Assembly (NCBI GenBank): GCA_028122735.1
Contig: JAOHSR010000003.1
Span: forward strand, 10,543 to 74,542
Source: Flavobacteriales bacterium
GTDB taxonomy: Bacteria; Bacteroidota; Bacteroidia; Flavobacteriales; BACL11
Length of the DNA stretch: 64,000 nt
Reading direction: 5' to 3'
Made by a program: the position numbers and the translations under genes. Every line of letters begins with the position of its first letter. Within the stretch, counting starts at the first letter, position 1. The notes below the pieces were generated by a model. That model saw only the letters and a program-made list of their open reading frames with translations. It had not been told where the DNA came from and ran no database searches. This document shows, one piece after another, positions 9,901 to 18,140 of this stretch.

Positions 9901-12900
9901 GTTGCTGTTGCGTCATAATTATTTGCAAGCGGATCAGTACATCCCAATATACAAGCATCACAAGAGCCGTAAGTATCAGTAATTGAAACTCCAGCAGCCA
10001 CAGCTATTAGTCTATTTGCATAAGAGAAGTAATCTGTAACCGGGGCACAAGAAGCGCCGGCAACCATATCGTCAATCAGGTTTTCTTGACCAGCCCATGA
10101 ATCAACAGCATACTTATATTCAAAATTACCAAGATCTAAATCAACAGTAACAGACCAAACGCCATCTCCATCAGCATCAGTCATTGGAACGCATCCACCA
10201 CACCATCCAAACTCTGGGCTTTCAAGGTGTACATATCCAAATGAACCAGCAGGCTCACAGTTCATATCAACAGTAAATGTTGTAGCATATAAACAAGAGC
10301 CGTCATCAACTACAGCTGTTGAGTCGTAGTTTGAAGCTAAAGGATCAGTACAACCAGGAGGAAGACTATAAAATGAAGTTAAATCAATAGCCATATCAGA
10401 TGTATAGCTAGTACCGGCTATCCCCTCAATTCTTAAGTCAATTTCACCAGTAAATGCACCAAGATCTATAATTGATTGGTTCCATACATTTCCTAAGTCA
10501 CCTGAGGCAGTCCAAACATTTGTCCATGTTGCTCCGTTATCTGATGAAACATCAACGTTTAAAGTCCCCATAGTAGCGCCATACATGTGGTAAGCAAAAG
10601 AGAACCCTGGATTAGCAAAAGCATCCATATCTACACAAGGAACAGTTATTCTTGCAGAAGCGCCCCATGTTGAGGATGGAGATGTTTCTGTATACAAATA
10701 AGTAGAGCTATCAAAGGCAGCAGTTGGCCCTGTATTAGAAGAGCCTGTAGGCCCAACTTTACTAGTCCAATTAAAATCATCATCAGTATCTTGAAACCAC
10801 ATTTCTAAACCTGTTTCAAAACTTGAAGTCGAGTCAGTGTCTATACAAGGATATGTACAACTTCCATCATCAGCTTGTGCCAATGGGTTGTAATCAATAG
10901 AGAGTATGTCTGTACAACCTGTTATTACAGGAAGACATAATGTGTCGCTATAAGGAGCTCCTCCTGAAAGAATGGTCACACCAGCAGAATTTGCTAGAGT
11001 CCAACTTACCTCACCTAACCAAGTTCCACCACTACAAGTTACTGGGTAGCAGAGATCTTGTAAACAAACTGTTACACTGGAAGAAGAACCAGAAGATAGA
11101 GAATAAGAATTTCCCGCAATTGTAAAGTTAGTTCCACTCCAACCATCACCATAAGAGTCCATCATTGTAAGAGTGTATGAATTAGAGCAAGAGCCATCAT
11201 CTATAGTGGCTAGAGCATCGTAATTACACGCAGTAGGATCCATGCATCCAACGATTACAGGAAGGCATAAAGAGCCAGTGTAAGGTGCACCTCCAGAAAG
11301 GATAACAACTCCATTAGCGTTTGCTAAAGTCCAGCTTACTTCGTATCCATAAGAACCTCCCCCACAAGTTACCGTATAGCAAGAGATGTCATCAGCTAAG
11401 CAAAGTATATCAGTACCTAAAGCACCAGAAGAAAGAGTTGATGAAGAGATTAGTGTTCCATTAGCATCAGTAACATCAAAAGTATTTCCATTCCAACTAT
11501 CTCCATATGAATCTATCATAGTTAAAGTATATGAAGGGTCACCGCATGAACCGTCGTCAACAGTTGCTGAAGGGTCGTATCCACATAACATTGGGTCTGT
11601 ACATCCAAAAATAACAGGAACACAGTGATTACCTGTATATGTGCCAGCTCCAGAAACAATAACTGTGCCAACAGCATCCACTAAACTCCAACTAATTTCA
11701 CTAGCCCATGTACCCCCTCCAACTACAATGTCGTAACATGCATCAGGAAGGCAAAGTACTTCTGTTCCACTTGATCCGCTTGGTAACGTAGATGAAGAAA
11801 TTACGGTTCCATTAACATCAACAACATCAAAAGTATTTCCACTCCAACCATCTCCATAAGAATCATTCATTGTTAATGTGTATGCAGCGTCACCACACGA
11901 GCCGTCATCAACAGTTGCTAGTGGGTCATATCCGCATAACATTGGGTCTGTACACCCATAAACCTCAGGAACACAGTGATTACCCGTATATGTGCCGCCT
12001 CCAGAGACAATAACAGTTCCAAGCCCATCCACTAAACTCCAACTAATTTCACTAGCCCATGTACCCCCTCCAACTACAATGTCGTAACATGCATCAGGAA
12101 GGCAAAGTACTTCTGTTCCACTTGATCCGCTTGGTAACGTAGATGAAGAAATTACAGTTCCATTAACATCAACAACATCAAAAGTATTTCCACTCCAACC
12201 ATCTCCATAAGAATCGTTCATTGTTAGCGTGTATATTCCATCAGCACTACATGTTCCGTCGTCGTATATTGCAAGAGGATCGTAATTGCAGGCTAAAGGA
12301 TTCACACATCCACAACCATAATCATGAGTACCAACATAGGTCCACGTGTCTTTAGCGTAAACAAGCCATTCTGAGCTTAAAGAATCTGTACCAGCTGATG
12401 CTGTCCAGTCGTCATTACCACTGTGTACTGAACATTTTCTGACTAAAGTGTGGTCCTTTGTAGCACTTGTTACTCCAGCAACATCCCATCCAGCACCAGG
12501 ATCACCATCCCAATTCCCATACCAATCTAAGACGGTATAACCTCCTGTTACGGGGTCCGTAGGGCTTGTTGGTTCTGAACCATATACTAGTGCAAAACCA
12601 TCATCACCGTTACTTAAATAAGTAAATGTTTCATCTGCTTCTGCTAAAATTGAAGCGTCTGAAGAAGGATGAGCTACAACATATACATCATAAGGCAAGA
12701 TTACCGCTCCAGCATCAAAATCGTTCCAATATTCATAAACACCAACAGTTGTTGGGTCATTAGATACATTAGGATAAGCATACATAGAAAGGTCAACAGT
12801 ATCTGCTGTTGGGTTATAGATCTCAAAATACTTGTGATTTGAGCTTCCCTCAGCCCATTCTGAGAAAAATATATTTGTCTGAGCGTTCGCAAAACTGAAC

Positions 12901-12947
12901 ACAAAAGACAATAAGTTTATAACTAAAATATTAGTAAAATTTTTCAT
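6939..12947 (-). CDS. Giant T9SS-secreted surface protein: lamin-tail domain, 4 DSYGD(G/S)W modules, MAM domain, 5 CBM-like modules, GCTD repeats, FN3-like domains, type A CTD
   Basis: LTD-like IFFSEWAEGSSNHKYFEIYN; MAM-like TGPTAA...FAYHMYGATMGTL...DMAID; FN3-like YFVRYRE...TYEFKM; VYPNPSNG...GVYF...KKIVLQ CTD. Confidence 0.85.
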   Translation of the reverse strand: MKNFTNILVINLLSFVFSFANAQTNIFFSEWAEGSSNHKYFEIYNPTADTVDLSMYAYPNVSNDPTTVGVYEYWNDFDAGAVILPYDVYVVAHPSSDASILAEADETFTYLSNGDDGFALVYGSEPTSPTDPVTGGYTVLDWYGNWDGDPGAGWDVAGVTSATKDHTLVRKCSVHSGNDDWTASAGTDSLSSEWLVYAKDTWTYVGTHDYGCGCVNPLACNYDPLAIYDDGTCSADGIYTLTMNDSYGDGWSGNTFDVVDVNGTVISSSTLPSGSSGTEVLCLPDACYDIVVGGGTWASEISWSLVDGLGTVIVSGGGTYTGNHCVPEVYGCTDPMLCGYDPLATVDDGSCGDAAYTLTMNDSYGDGWSGNTFDVVDVNGTVISSSTLPSGSSGTEVLCLPDACYDIVVGGGTWASEISWSLVDAVGTVIVSGAGTYTGNHCVPVIFGCTDPMLCGYDPSATVDDGSCGDPSYTLTMIDSYGDSWNGNTFDVTDANGTLISSSTLSSGALGTDILCLADDISCYTVTCGGGSYGYEVSWTLANANGVVILSGGAPYTGSLCLPVIVGCMDPTACNYDALATIDDGSCSNSYTLTMMDSYGDGWSGTNFTIAGNSYSLSSGSSSSVTVCLQDLCYPVTCSGGTWLGEVSWTLANSAGVTILSGGAPYSDTLCLPVITGCTDILSIDYNPLAQADDGSCTYPCIDTDSTSSFETGLEMWFQDTDDDFNWTSKVGPTGSSNTGPTAAFDSSTYLYTETSPSSTWGASARITVPCVDMDAFANPGFSFAYHMYGATMGTLNVDVSSDNGATWTNVWTASGDLGNVWNQSIIDLGAFTGEIDLRIEGIAGTSYTSDMAIDLTSFYSLPPGCTDPLASNYDSTAVVDDGSCLYATTFTVDMNCEPAGSFGYVHLESPEFGWCGGCVPMTDADGDGVWSVTVDLDLGNFEYKYAVDSWAGQENLIDDMVAGASCAPVTDYFSYANRLIAVAAGVSITDTYGSCDACILGCTDPLANNYDATATTDDGSCLFTATFNVDMNCEDPTTYSTVHLESAYFGCFTGCTQMSDPEMDGIYSVTVDIPGGDFVYFYSIDNNSSREDLVDDMVSGETCAPVTDYFSYANRLVTATPGINTSDTYGSCIACIAGCTDPLANNYDSTMTTDDGSCEYDVTFTVDMTCSGLTPTTLAATGFLDNWSGNTYLLTDADGDGVWEGTHSVTDNFVYMYVVDVWADSEFAGLFNEMLNGTNTCAPYTDNLSYAYRQAAANSTTSDVYGRCSVCPPGCTDPAASNFDPLADLDDGSCVYATTFNVDMNCEPAGSFGYVHLESPVFGWCGGCVPMTDPDGDGVHSVTVDLPLGNFEYKYAVDSWAGQEDLVDDMQNGASCAPVTDYFSYANRLVDVSAGTVLDDTYGSCDICDQVNGCTDAGAINYDALATDDDGSCLFSTTFNVDMNCEPAGSFGYVHLESPVFGWCGGCVPMTDPDGDGVHSVTVDLPAGNFEYKYAVDGWAGQEDLIDDMVGGASCAPITDYATYANRLVDVNGLIANSGELITNGSFSNGNTGWSNGANWTIQNGVAISLGTTDNTISQASVIGIANTTFLVTYEVVNISKGSYRAKIGGVTGIERSAAGVYSEYITAANDKRFRIQPLDSAIGSIDNVSVVEQVVNSSPIFDNTYSSCSECVQGCTDSLAFNYNDSAMVDDGSCLYGYNCSAPYPIGLNSSDVYAEMATIHWNDANSGSCRVEKYFVRYREVGTLTWTTKAAGIGSGLCNVGLPNTSKVLRGLMASTTYEFKMKAFYCGGGESGYSYSDQFTTQDACPEMDTLMVETFSSNDSKARFTWTETGPYTFARVALRVNTVGSNWQTAGGFGVFYPTYSVNKFGLQSGTEYRAQGRTFCDVNVTSYRSDWTSPITWTQPGVVPIRLDGGSQINDLEVYPNPSNGIFNVSFVSEDIQNLEVRVLNMVGELVYSEGLEQFVGEYTKSINMSKYTKGVYFLEITTNNGVVNKKIVLQ
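8360..9060 (-). repeat. Close intragenic copies of the WCGGC module (period 417 bp; further copy near 10010-10290)
   Basis: FNVDMNCEPAGSFGYVHLESPVFGWCGGCVPMTDPDGDGVHSVTVDLP is identical in two copies; ccatcaggatcagtcattgg at 8521 and 8938. Confidence 0.88.
11539..12233 (-). repeat. Recent 351-bp tandem duplication (117-aa DSYGDGW module)
   Basis: 11677-11864 and 12028-12215 differ at only one base by eye; constant offset of 351. Confidence 0.9.
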
Positions 12948-12999
12948 AATAATTTGTTTTTTGTTTTTGAAGCACTAAATGTAGTAAAAAATCTTACTT

Positions 13000-13016
13000 A
13001 GTGAACAATATACACT
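13000..13016. promoter_or_regulatory. Palindromic operator candidate upstream of the 2002-aa gene
   Basis: AGTGAACAATATACACT, one mismatch to AGTGT-N7-ACACT; 16 nt upstream of the -7-like TACATTTA (12983-12976). Confidence 0.6.
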
Positions 13017-13166
13017 TGCCAATTTTACTAGAGTAGTTGATTTGTAAATAGATTTTTATTAAATTTTGTAAACAAAAACTCATCAAATTCTATTTGAAAA
13101 ACTAAAAGAGATAAAAGCTTAAATGGTTTTGTATAATTATAAATAAAAAATTGTTATATTTTAACT

Positions 13167-13193
13167 AAAAAAGGGCTGCCAAGAGCCCTTTTT
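13167..13193 (-). terminator. Intrinsic terminator of gap
   Basis: Minus strand AAAAAGGGCT-CTTGGC-AGCCCTTTTTT. Confidence 0.85.
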
Positions 13194-13243
13194 GTGCCAT
13201 CTCTAGCACATAAACTAAAACACAATTACTACTTGGCTAGTAA
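13167..13243 (-). ncRNA. Candidate structured RNA in the gap 3' UTR (three hairpins)
   Basis: UUACUA-GCCAAG-UAGUAA; UGUGCUA-GAGA-UGGCACA (GNRA loop, G.U pair); terminator hairpin with loop CUUGGC. Confidence 0.35.
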
Positions 13244-13249
13244 GCTTTT

Positions 13250-14290
13250 TTAACCATTTAAAAAATTGACTGTTTTTTGTTTTTCATTTAATTTAAGAGT
13301 GTCCATATGAACAATTAGATCTAATATTTTGTTTGAATACCCCCATTCATTATCATACCAGCTTACAACTTTGAAAAATTTAGAATTTAATTCAATACCT
13401 GCTTTTGAGTCAAAAATAGATGTTCTACTATCAGACATAAAATCTGTTGAAACAAGATCTTCGTCTGTATATCCTAATATTCCATTGTATCTTTCAGATT
13501 TTGAGGCCTCATGCATAACGCGACAAATTTCTGCATACGATGTTTCAGATTTAAGATTTACCGTTAGATCAACCACTGAAACATTTGCAGTAGGAACTCT
13601 ATAGGCCATTCCGGTCAATTTACCCTCCATTGATGGAAGAACTTTCCCAACAGCTTTGGCAGCACCAGTTGAGGCAGGGATAATATTTTGATAAGCCCCT
13701 CTACCTGCGCGCCAATCTTTTAAGGATGGACTATCTACTGTTTTTTGTGTTGCTGTTGCCGCGTGAACCGTTGACATAATACCGCTTTCAACTCCAAATT
13801 TTCTGTCTAGTATTTCAACAATAGGAGCTAAACAATTTGTCGTGCAAGAAGCGTTTGATACGATATTCATTTCTTTAGTATATTTTTCGTGATTAACACC
13901 CATAACAAACATTGGGGTTTCATCTTTTGAAGGAGCAGAAAGGATAACCTTTTTAGCACCGGCATCTAAGTGTTTTTGTGCCAAATCAGAGGTTAAAAAT
14001 AAACCAGTAGCTTCGATTACATATTCTGCGTTTACTTCACTCCATTTTAATTTTGAAGGGGCTTTTTCACTTGATATTCTGATTTTATGTCCCCCAACAT
14101 ATAAATGTTCTTTGTCGTGTGAAATCTCTAAATCTAATCTGCCATGGCTCGAATCGTATTTTAGCATGTACGCCAAATAATCTACAGGATATAAATCATT
14201 AATAGCAACAACATTCATATCAGCTCTTTTTAAGATGTTTCTGAAAGCAAGCCTTCCAATTCTACCAAAACCGTTTATAGCGATGTTCAT
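13250..14290 (-). CDS. gap: Type I glyceraldehyde-3-phosphate dehydrogenase
   Basis: [26 protein letters not shown]. Confidence 0.98.
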   Translation of the reverse strand: MNIAINGFGRIGRLAFRNILKRADMNVVAINDLYPVDYLAYMLKYDSSHGRLDLEISHDKEHLYVGGHKIRISSEKAPSKLKWSEVNAEYVIEATGLFLTSDLAQKHLDAGAKKVILSAPSKDETPMFVMGVNHEKYTKEMNIVSNASCTTNCLAPIVEILDRKFGVESGIMSTVHAATATQKTVDSPSLKDWRAGRGAYQNIIPASTGAAKAVGKVLPSMEGKLTGMAYRVPTANVSVVDLTVNLKSETSYAEICRVMHEASKSERYNGILGYTDEDLVSTDFMSDSRTSIFDSKAGIELNSKFFKVVSWYDNEWGYSNKILDLIVHMDTLKLNEKQKTVNFLNG

Positions 14291-14310
14291 AATTTAAAAA
14301 TTTAATACCA

Positions 14311-14334
14311 CAAAGTTAGTGTAATTTAAACACT
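14311..14334 (-). promoter_or_regulatory. gap promoter -7 element with abutting operator
   Basis: TAACTTTG at 14318-14311 shares one base with the palindrome AGTGTAATTTAAACACT (14318-14334). Confidence 0.7.
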
Positions 14335-14364
14335 TACAGCTTATTTCTTATTTTTTTTACTTAA

Positions 14365-14388
14365 GGTGTACAAAATACACTATGTTTG
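14365..14388 (+). promoter_or_regulatory. Sugar-kinase promoter -7 element with abutting operator
   Basis: GGTGTACAAAATACACT (14365-14381) shares its last base with TATGTTTG (14381-14388). Confidence 0.7.
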
Positions 14389-14406
14389 TTATTAAATTTT
14401 TTTAAA

Positions 14407-15246
14407 ATGATATTAATTGCAGATAGTGGATCGACAAAGTGTAGCTGGGCAATATGTGTTAATGGCCAGATAATTGATAGGTGTAGTACAATTGGATTCA
14501 ACCCTTATTTTATTTCCTCTAAACAGGTTGCTATCAATCTTCAAAAATCTGATCTTGACGATATAAGAGATCAAATTTCAAAGGTATATTTTTATGGGGC
14601 AGGATGTTCTTCTTCTAAAATGAATAAGATAATTGAAACTCCATTTTGTGATTTTTTTAAAAATGCTGAGATAAACATACATCATGACTTAGACGCTGCT
14701 TGCTATTCAATGTATGATGGAGAGCCAGCAATTACTGGTATATTAGGAACGGGATCTAACTCATGTCTCTTTGATGGCACAACAATTTACGAGAGTGCCC
14801 CTTCTTTAGGCTTTATGCTTGGAGATGAGGCTTCCGGAAACTATTTTGGAAAGAAATTACTGAACCTCTATTTTAATAATATACTATCAAAGGATCTTAA
14901 GAAAAAGTATGAGAATAATTATGAAACCGATATAGCAAATATTAATTCTAACGTATATAATAATTCAAGAGCAAATGTCTATTTAGCTAAATTTTTTCCA
15001 TTTGTTTCAGAAAATAAGAATCACGAGCAAATGCAAGAGTTGATAAAAACATCTCTAGATGAATTTTTTAGACTTCACATATGTTGTTTTCCAAATCATA
15101 AAGAAGTGAAAATTAATTTTATCGGTTCAGTTGCGTTTTTTCTTCAAGAAGAGATTAAAGCGGTTGCTTTATCTTACAATTGCAAAATAGGAGAGATTGT
15201 TAAAAACCCTATAGATAAGTTAATAGAATATCACTTCAAAAAATAA
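14407..15246 (+). CDS. BadF/BadG-type sugar kinase (N-acetylglucosamine kinase family; possible glucokinase)
   Basis: ILIADSGSTK, FYGAGC, ILGTGSNS, LGDEASG; ATG at 14407 preferred because the TTG at 14386 lies inside the promoter. Confidence 0.88.
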   Translation: MILIADSGSTKCSWAICVNGQIIDRCSTIGFNPYFISSKQVAINLQKSDLDDIRDQISKVYFYGAGCSSSKMNKIIETPFCDFFKNAEINIHHDLDAACYSMYDGEPAITGILGTGSNSCLFDGTTIYESAPSLGFMLGDEASGNYFGKKLLNLYFNNILSKDLKKKYENNYETDIANINSNVYNNSRANVYLAKFFPFVSENKNHEQMQELIKTSLDEFFRLHICCFPNHKEVKINFIGSVAFFLQEEIKAVALSYNCKIGEIVKNPIDKLIEYHFKK

Positions 15247-15247
15247 T

Positions 15248-16795
15248 TTATAAGTCAAACTTTATTCCCTGAGCAAGTGGTAGTTTATCTGTGTAGTTAA
15301 TAGTGTTTGTTTGCCTTCTCATATAAATTTTCCAGGCGTCACTGCCGCTCTCTCTTCCACCACCTGTTTCTTTTTCACCACCAAAAGCTCCGCCAATCTC
15401 TGCTCCACTTGTGCCGATATTGACATTAGCAATACCACAATCACTTCCCGATACAGAAAGGAAGCTCTCAGCTTCTCTTAAATCAGTGGTCATTATTGCT
15501 GATGAAAGACCTTGTTTTACATTGTTCTGCATTTTTACAGCATCTTCGAGCTTAGTATACTTCATTACATATAATATTGGAGCAAAAGTTTCTTCTTGAA
15601 CAATTTTAAAAGTATTTTCCGCTTCAATAATTACTGGTTTTACATAACAACCACTTTCATAGCCTTCTCCACTAAGAACCCCTCCATCAACAAGTACTTT
15701 ACCCCCCTCTACTTTTGCTTTTTCAATAGCGCTTAAATACATTTCAACAGCTTGTTTGTCAATAAGAGGCCCCACATGATTTGTCTCATCAAGAGGATCA
15801 CCGATTTTTAATTGTGTATATGCATTTGATAGTTTTGAAGTAACCTCCTCATATATTGAGTCGTGAATAATTAATCTTCTTGTAGATGTGCATCTTTGCC
15901 CACAAGTACCAACAGCACCAAATAAGGCGCCAATAATTGTAATTTTTAGGTCAGCTTTATCAGAAACAATAATGGCATTATTACCCCCAAGCTCTAAAAG
16001 AGATTTTCCAAAACGAGAAGCTACTTTTTGACCAACAATTCTCCCCATTCGAGTAGAGCCTGTTGCAGATACTAATGGGATTCTTTCATCTTCAGTTAAA
16101 AACTCACCAACATTATAATCCCCATTCACTAAGCATGATATGCCTTCAGGCAAATCATTTTCTTTAGCTACCTCAGCCCAAATATTTTGACAAGCAACTC
16201 CGCATAAAGGAGTTTTTTCTGATGGCTTCCATATACAAACATCACCACAGATCCAAGCTAATGCTGTGTTCCAACACCAAACAGCAACAGGAAAGTTAAA
16301 TGCAGAAATAATTCCTACAACTCCAAGTGGGTGATACTGCTCATACATCCTATGGCCTGGTCTCTCTGAATGCATGGTTAAACCGTGTAACTGTCTTGAA
16401 AGCCCAACGGCAAAATCACAGATGTCAATCATTTCCTGAACCTCACCTAAACCTTCTTGAAGAGATTTCCCCATTTCGTATGAAACAAGTTGCCCAAGAG
16501 GCTCCTTGTAATTTCTTAGTTTTTCTCCATATTGTCTAACTATCTCTCCTCTTTGAGGTGCAGGTAGGCTTTTCCAATAGTTAAATGCAGATATAGCAGA
16601 ACCCATTGCTTTTTCATAATCTTTTTTAGAGCTTGAGCTTATACTACCTATTAATAAGCCGTCAACCGGTGAGTATGAGTTAACTAAATCTCCTTCCCCA
16701 AAGTTTTGCTGACCAGTAGAGGTTCCTTGGTTGTTGTTTTTTACTCCTAGAATGCTTAATGCTTTTGAAATATTGTCATTTGAAAATTCTGCCAT
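15248..16795 (-). CDS. Aldehyde dehydrogenase family 7 (piperideine-6-carboxylate/aminoadipate semialdehyde dehydrogenase)
   Basis: GEVQEMIDICDF, LELGGNNA, GQRCTSTRR, GGRESGSDAW; TAGATTTG promoter at 16824-16817 supports ATG at 16795. Confidence 0.93.
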   Translation of the reverse strand: MAEFSNDNISKALSILGVKNNNQGTSTGQQNFGEGDLVNSYSPVDGLLIGSISSSSKKDYEKAMGSAISAFNYWKSLPAPQRGEIVRQYGEKLRNYKEPLGQLVSYEMGKSLQEGLGEVQEMIDICDFAVGLSRQLHGLTMHSERPGHRMYEQYHPLGVVGIISAFNFPVAVWCWNTALAWICGDVCIWKPSEKTPLCGVACQNIWAEVAKENDLPEGISCLVNGDYNVGEFLTEDERIPLVSATGSTRMGRIVGQKVASRFGKSLLELGGNNAIIVSDKADLKITIIGALFGAVGTCGQRCTSTRRLIIHDSIYEEVTSKLSNAYTQLKIGDPLDETNHVGPLIDKQAVEMYLSAIEKAKVEGGKVLVDGGVLSGEGYESGCYVKPVIIEAENTFKIVQEETFAPILYVMKYTKLEDAVKMQNNVKQGLSSAIMTTDLREAESFLSVSGSDCGIANVNIGTSGAEIGGAFGGEKETGGGRESGSDAWKIYMRRQTNTINYTDKLPLAQGIKFDL

Positions 16796-16869
16796 TTTGG
16801 TTGATTTTTTATGCTTCAAATCTAATAAAATCTACTAAAGGAAATACTAAAAAATAAAATAATTATTGA

Positions 16870-18138
16870 CTATAATTCTTCTTCAAAATTATCAAGTTCT
16901 AAATCTTGATCTTCTGAAGAAACAAGTAAATCATCCGTCTCAGCGGGGTTTTCAGAATTTTTTTTATGCTTCATTAAAGACCATGTCATAATTAAACATG
17001 AGGTTAAAATTATAAATAATAAGACGCCATTAAAATCATGTTTTTCAGTTAGTTCTTTTGGGATAGCAAAAAATAATAAGATTGTAATTAAACCCCTTGG
17101 CGCCAAGAAAATTTGGGGAAAAATATTTTTGCCATTAAAAACAAACAAGCTAATTGCACGAACAACATAAATTATAATTAATAACACTATGCCAACAGCT
17201 ATTGTTTTTAGATTGAACATAGAACCAACAGAAACAGACCAACCAAAAATAATAAAGAAAAAAGTCCTTACAACAAAAGCAGACTCTCCTGTGACGACTT
17301 TAAAATCAGCTAGAATACTTTCGACCTTATTTTCTTCAATTAGTTTTGAGAGACCACTTGCAAAAAACAATCTATAATTATTTAAGATCATTCCAAAGAT
17401 TAAAATAATAATAAGAGAAGATAGATGAAACAGTTTTCCAACAGCATAGAGAAGCAATAAAATCGATATTAAAAGAAAAAGTTTATCATGTCCTTTTATG
17501 TTTTGGAAAAGATAAATTAAAATGTAGGACACGATTATTGAAAATAGAATTGTAAAAAATAGATTGCCAAATACCTCGCCATAAATTTCTGACTTACTAT
17601 CGGGGCCCAAAAAGCTCAACAAGCTATAAAACAAGACAATTCCTAAAATATCAGAAAAAGTGCTTTCATAAATCATAAATTCTTTTTTGTAATCATCCAA
17701 AGAGCCCAAACTTGGCAGAATAATAGCAGAACTTAGAATTGAGAGGGGCACGGTAAATAACAGTGCTTCAATCATATTCATCTCAAAAACATTTGTCAAA
17801 ACTAATGCGCCGATATATGAAGTTGCGAACAAGCCAAGAACTGCAGTCGCTAAAGATTTAAATATTAAACCTGCTTTTTCTTTCACTAATTTTAGATCTA
17901 GAGCGGCCTCCAAAACTATTAAGGCTAAACCGACAACTCCTAATATTTTTAAAACAGAAAATAGATTTGGACTTTCCATTTCTGAAATAAAAAAACCAAA
18001 ATTAATTAGCATTCCAGTAAAAATTAACATTAAAACAGATGGAACACCAGATTTTTTAGAATACAGATTAAAAAAGTATGAAATAATAATTGTTGAAGAA
18101 AAAATAATTATTAAGACTACAGGATCAAGACTATTCAT
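16870..18138 (-). CDS. Cation:proton antiporter (CPA1/NhaP-like)
   Basis: Multiple TM helices; LEAALDL, YESTFSDILG, APRGLIT. Confidence 0.82.
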   Translation of the reverse strand: MNSLDPVVLIIIFSSTIIISYFFNLYSKKSGVPSVLMLIFTGMLINFGFFISEMESPNLFSVLKILGVVGLALIVLEAALDLKLVKEKAGLIFKSLATAVLGLFATSYIGALVLTNVFEMNMIEALLFTVPLSILSSAIILPSLGSLDDYKKEFMIYESTFSDILGIVLFYSLLSFLGPDSKSEIYGEVFGNLFFTILFSIIVSYILIYLFQNIKGHDKLFLLISILLLLYAVGKLFHLSSLIIILIFGMILNNYRLFFASGLSKLIEENKVESILADFKVVTGESAFVVRTFFFIIFGWSVSVGSMFNLKTIAVGIVLLIIIYVVRAISLFVFNGKNIFPQIFLAPRGLITILLFFAIPKELTEKHDFNGVLLFIILTSCLIMTWSLMKHKKNSENPAETDDLLVSSEDQDLELDNFEEEL

Positions 18139-18140
18139 GA

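Noticed and set aside
2930-10210. WCGxC motifs as thioredoxin domains
   Set aside because: The context is an all-beta CBM-like module with no thioredoxin helix or cis-Pro pattern; kept only as a motif observation.
139-12947. Visibly higher GC at the left end as evidence of a horizontally acquired island
   Set aside because: Gly/Cys/Asp/Ala-rich proteins explain it, there are no mobility genes, and the region shares a regulatory motif with gap.
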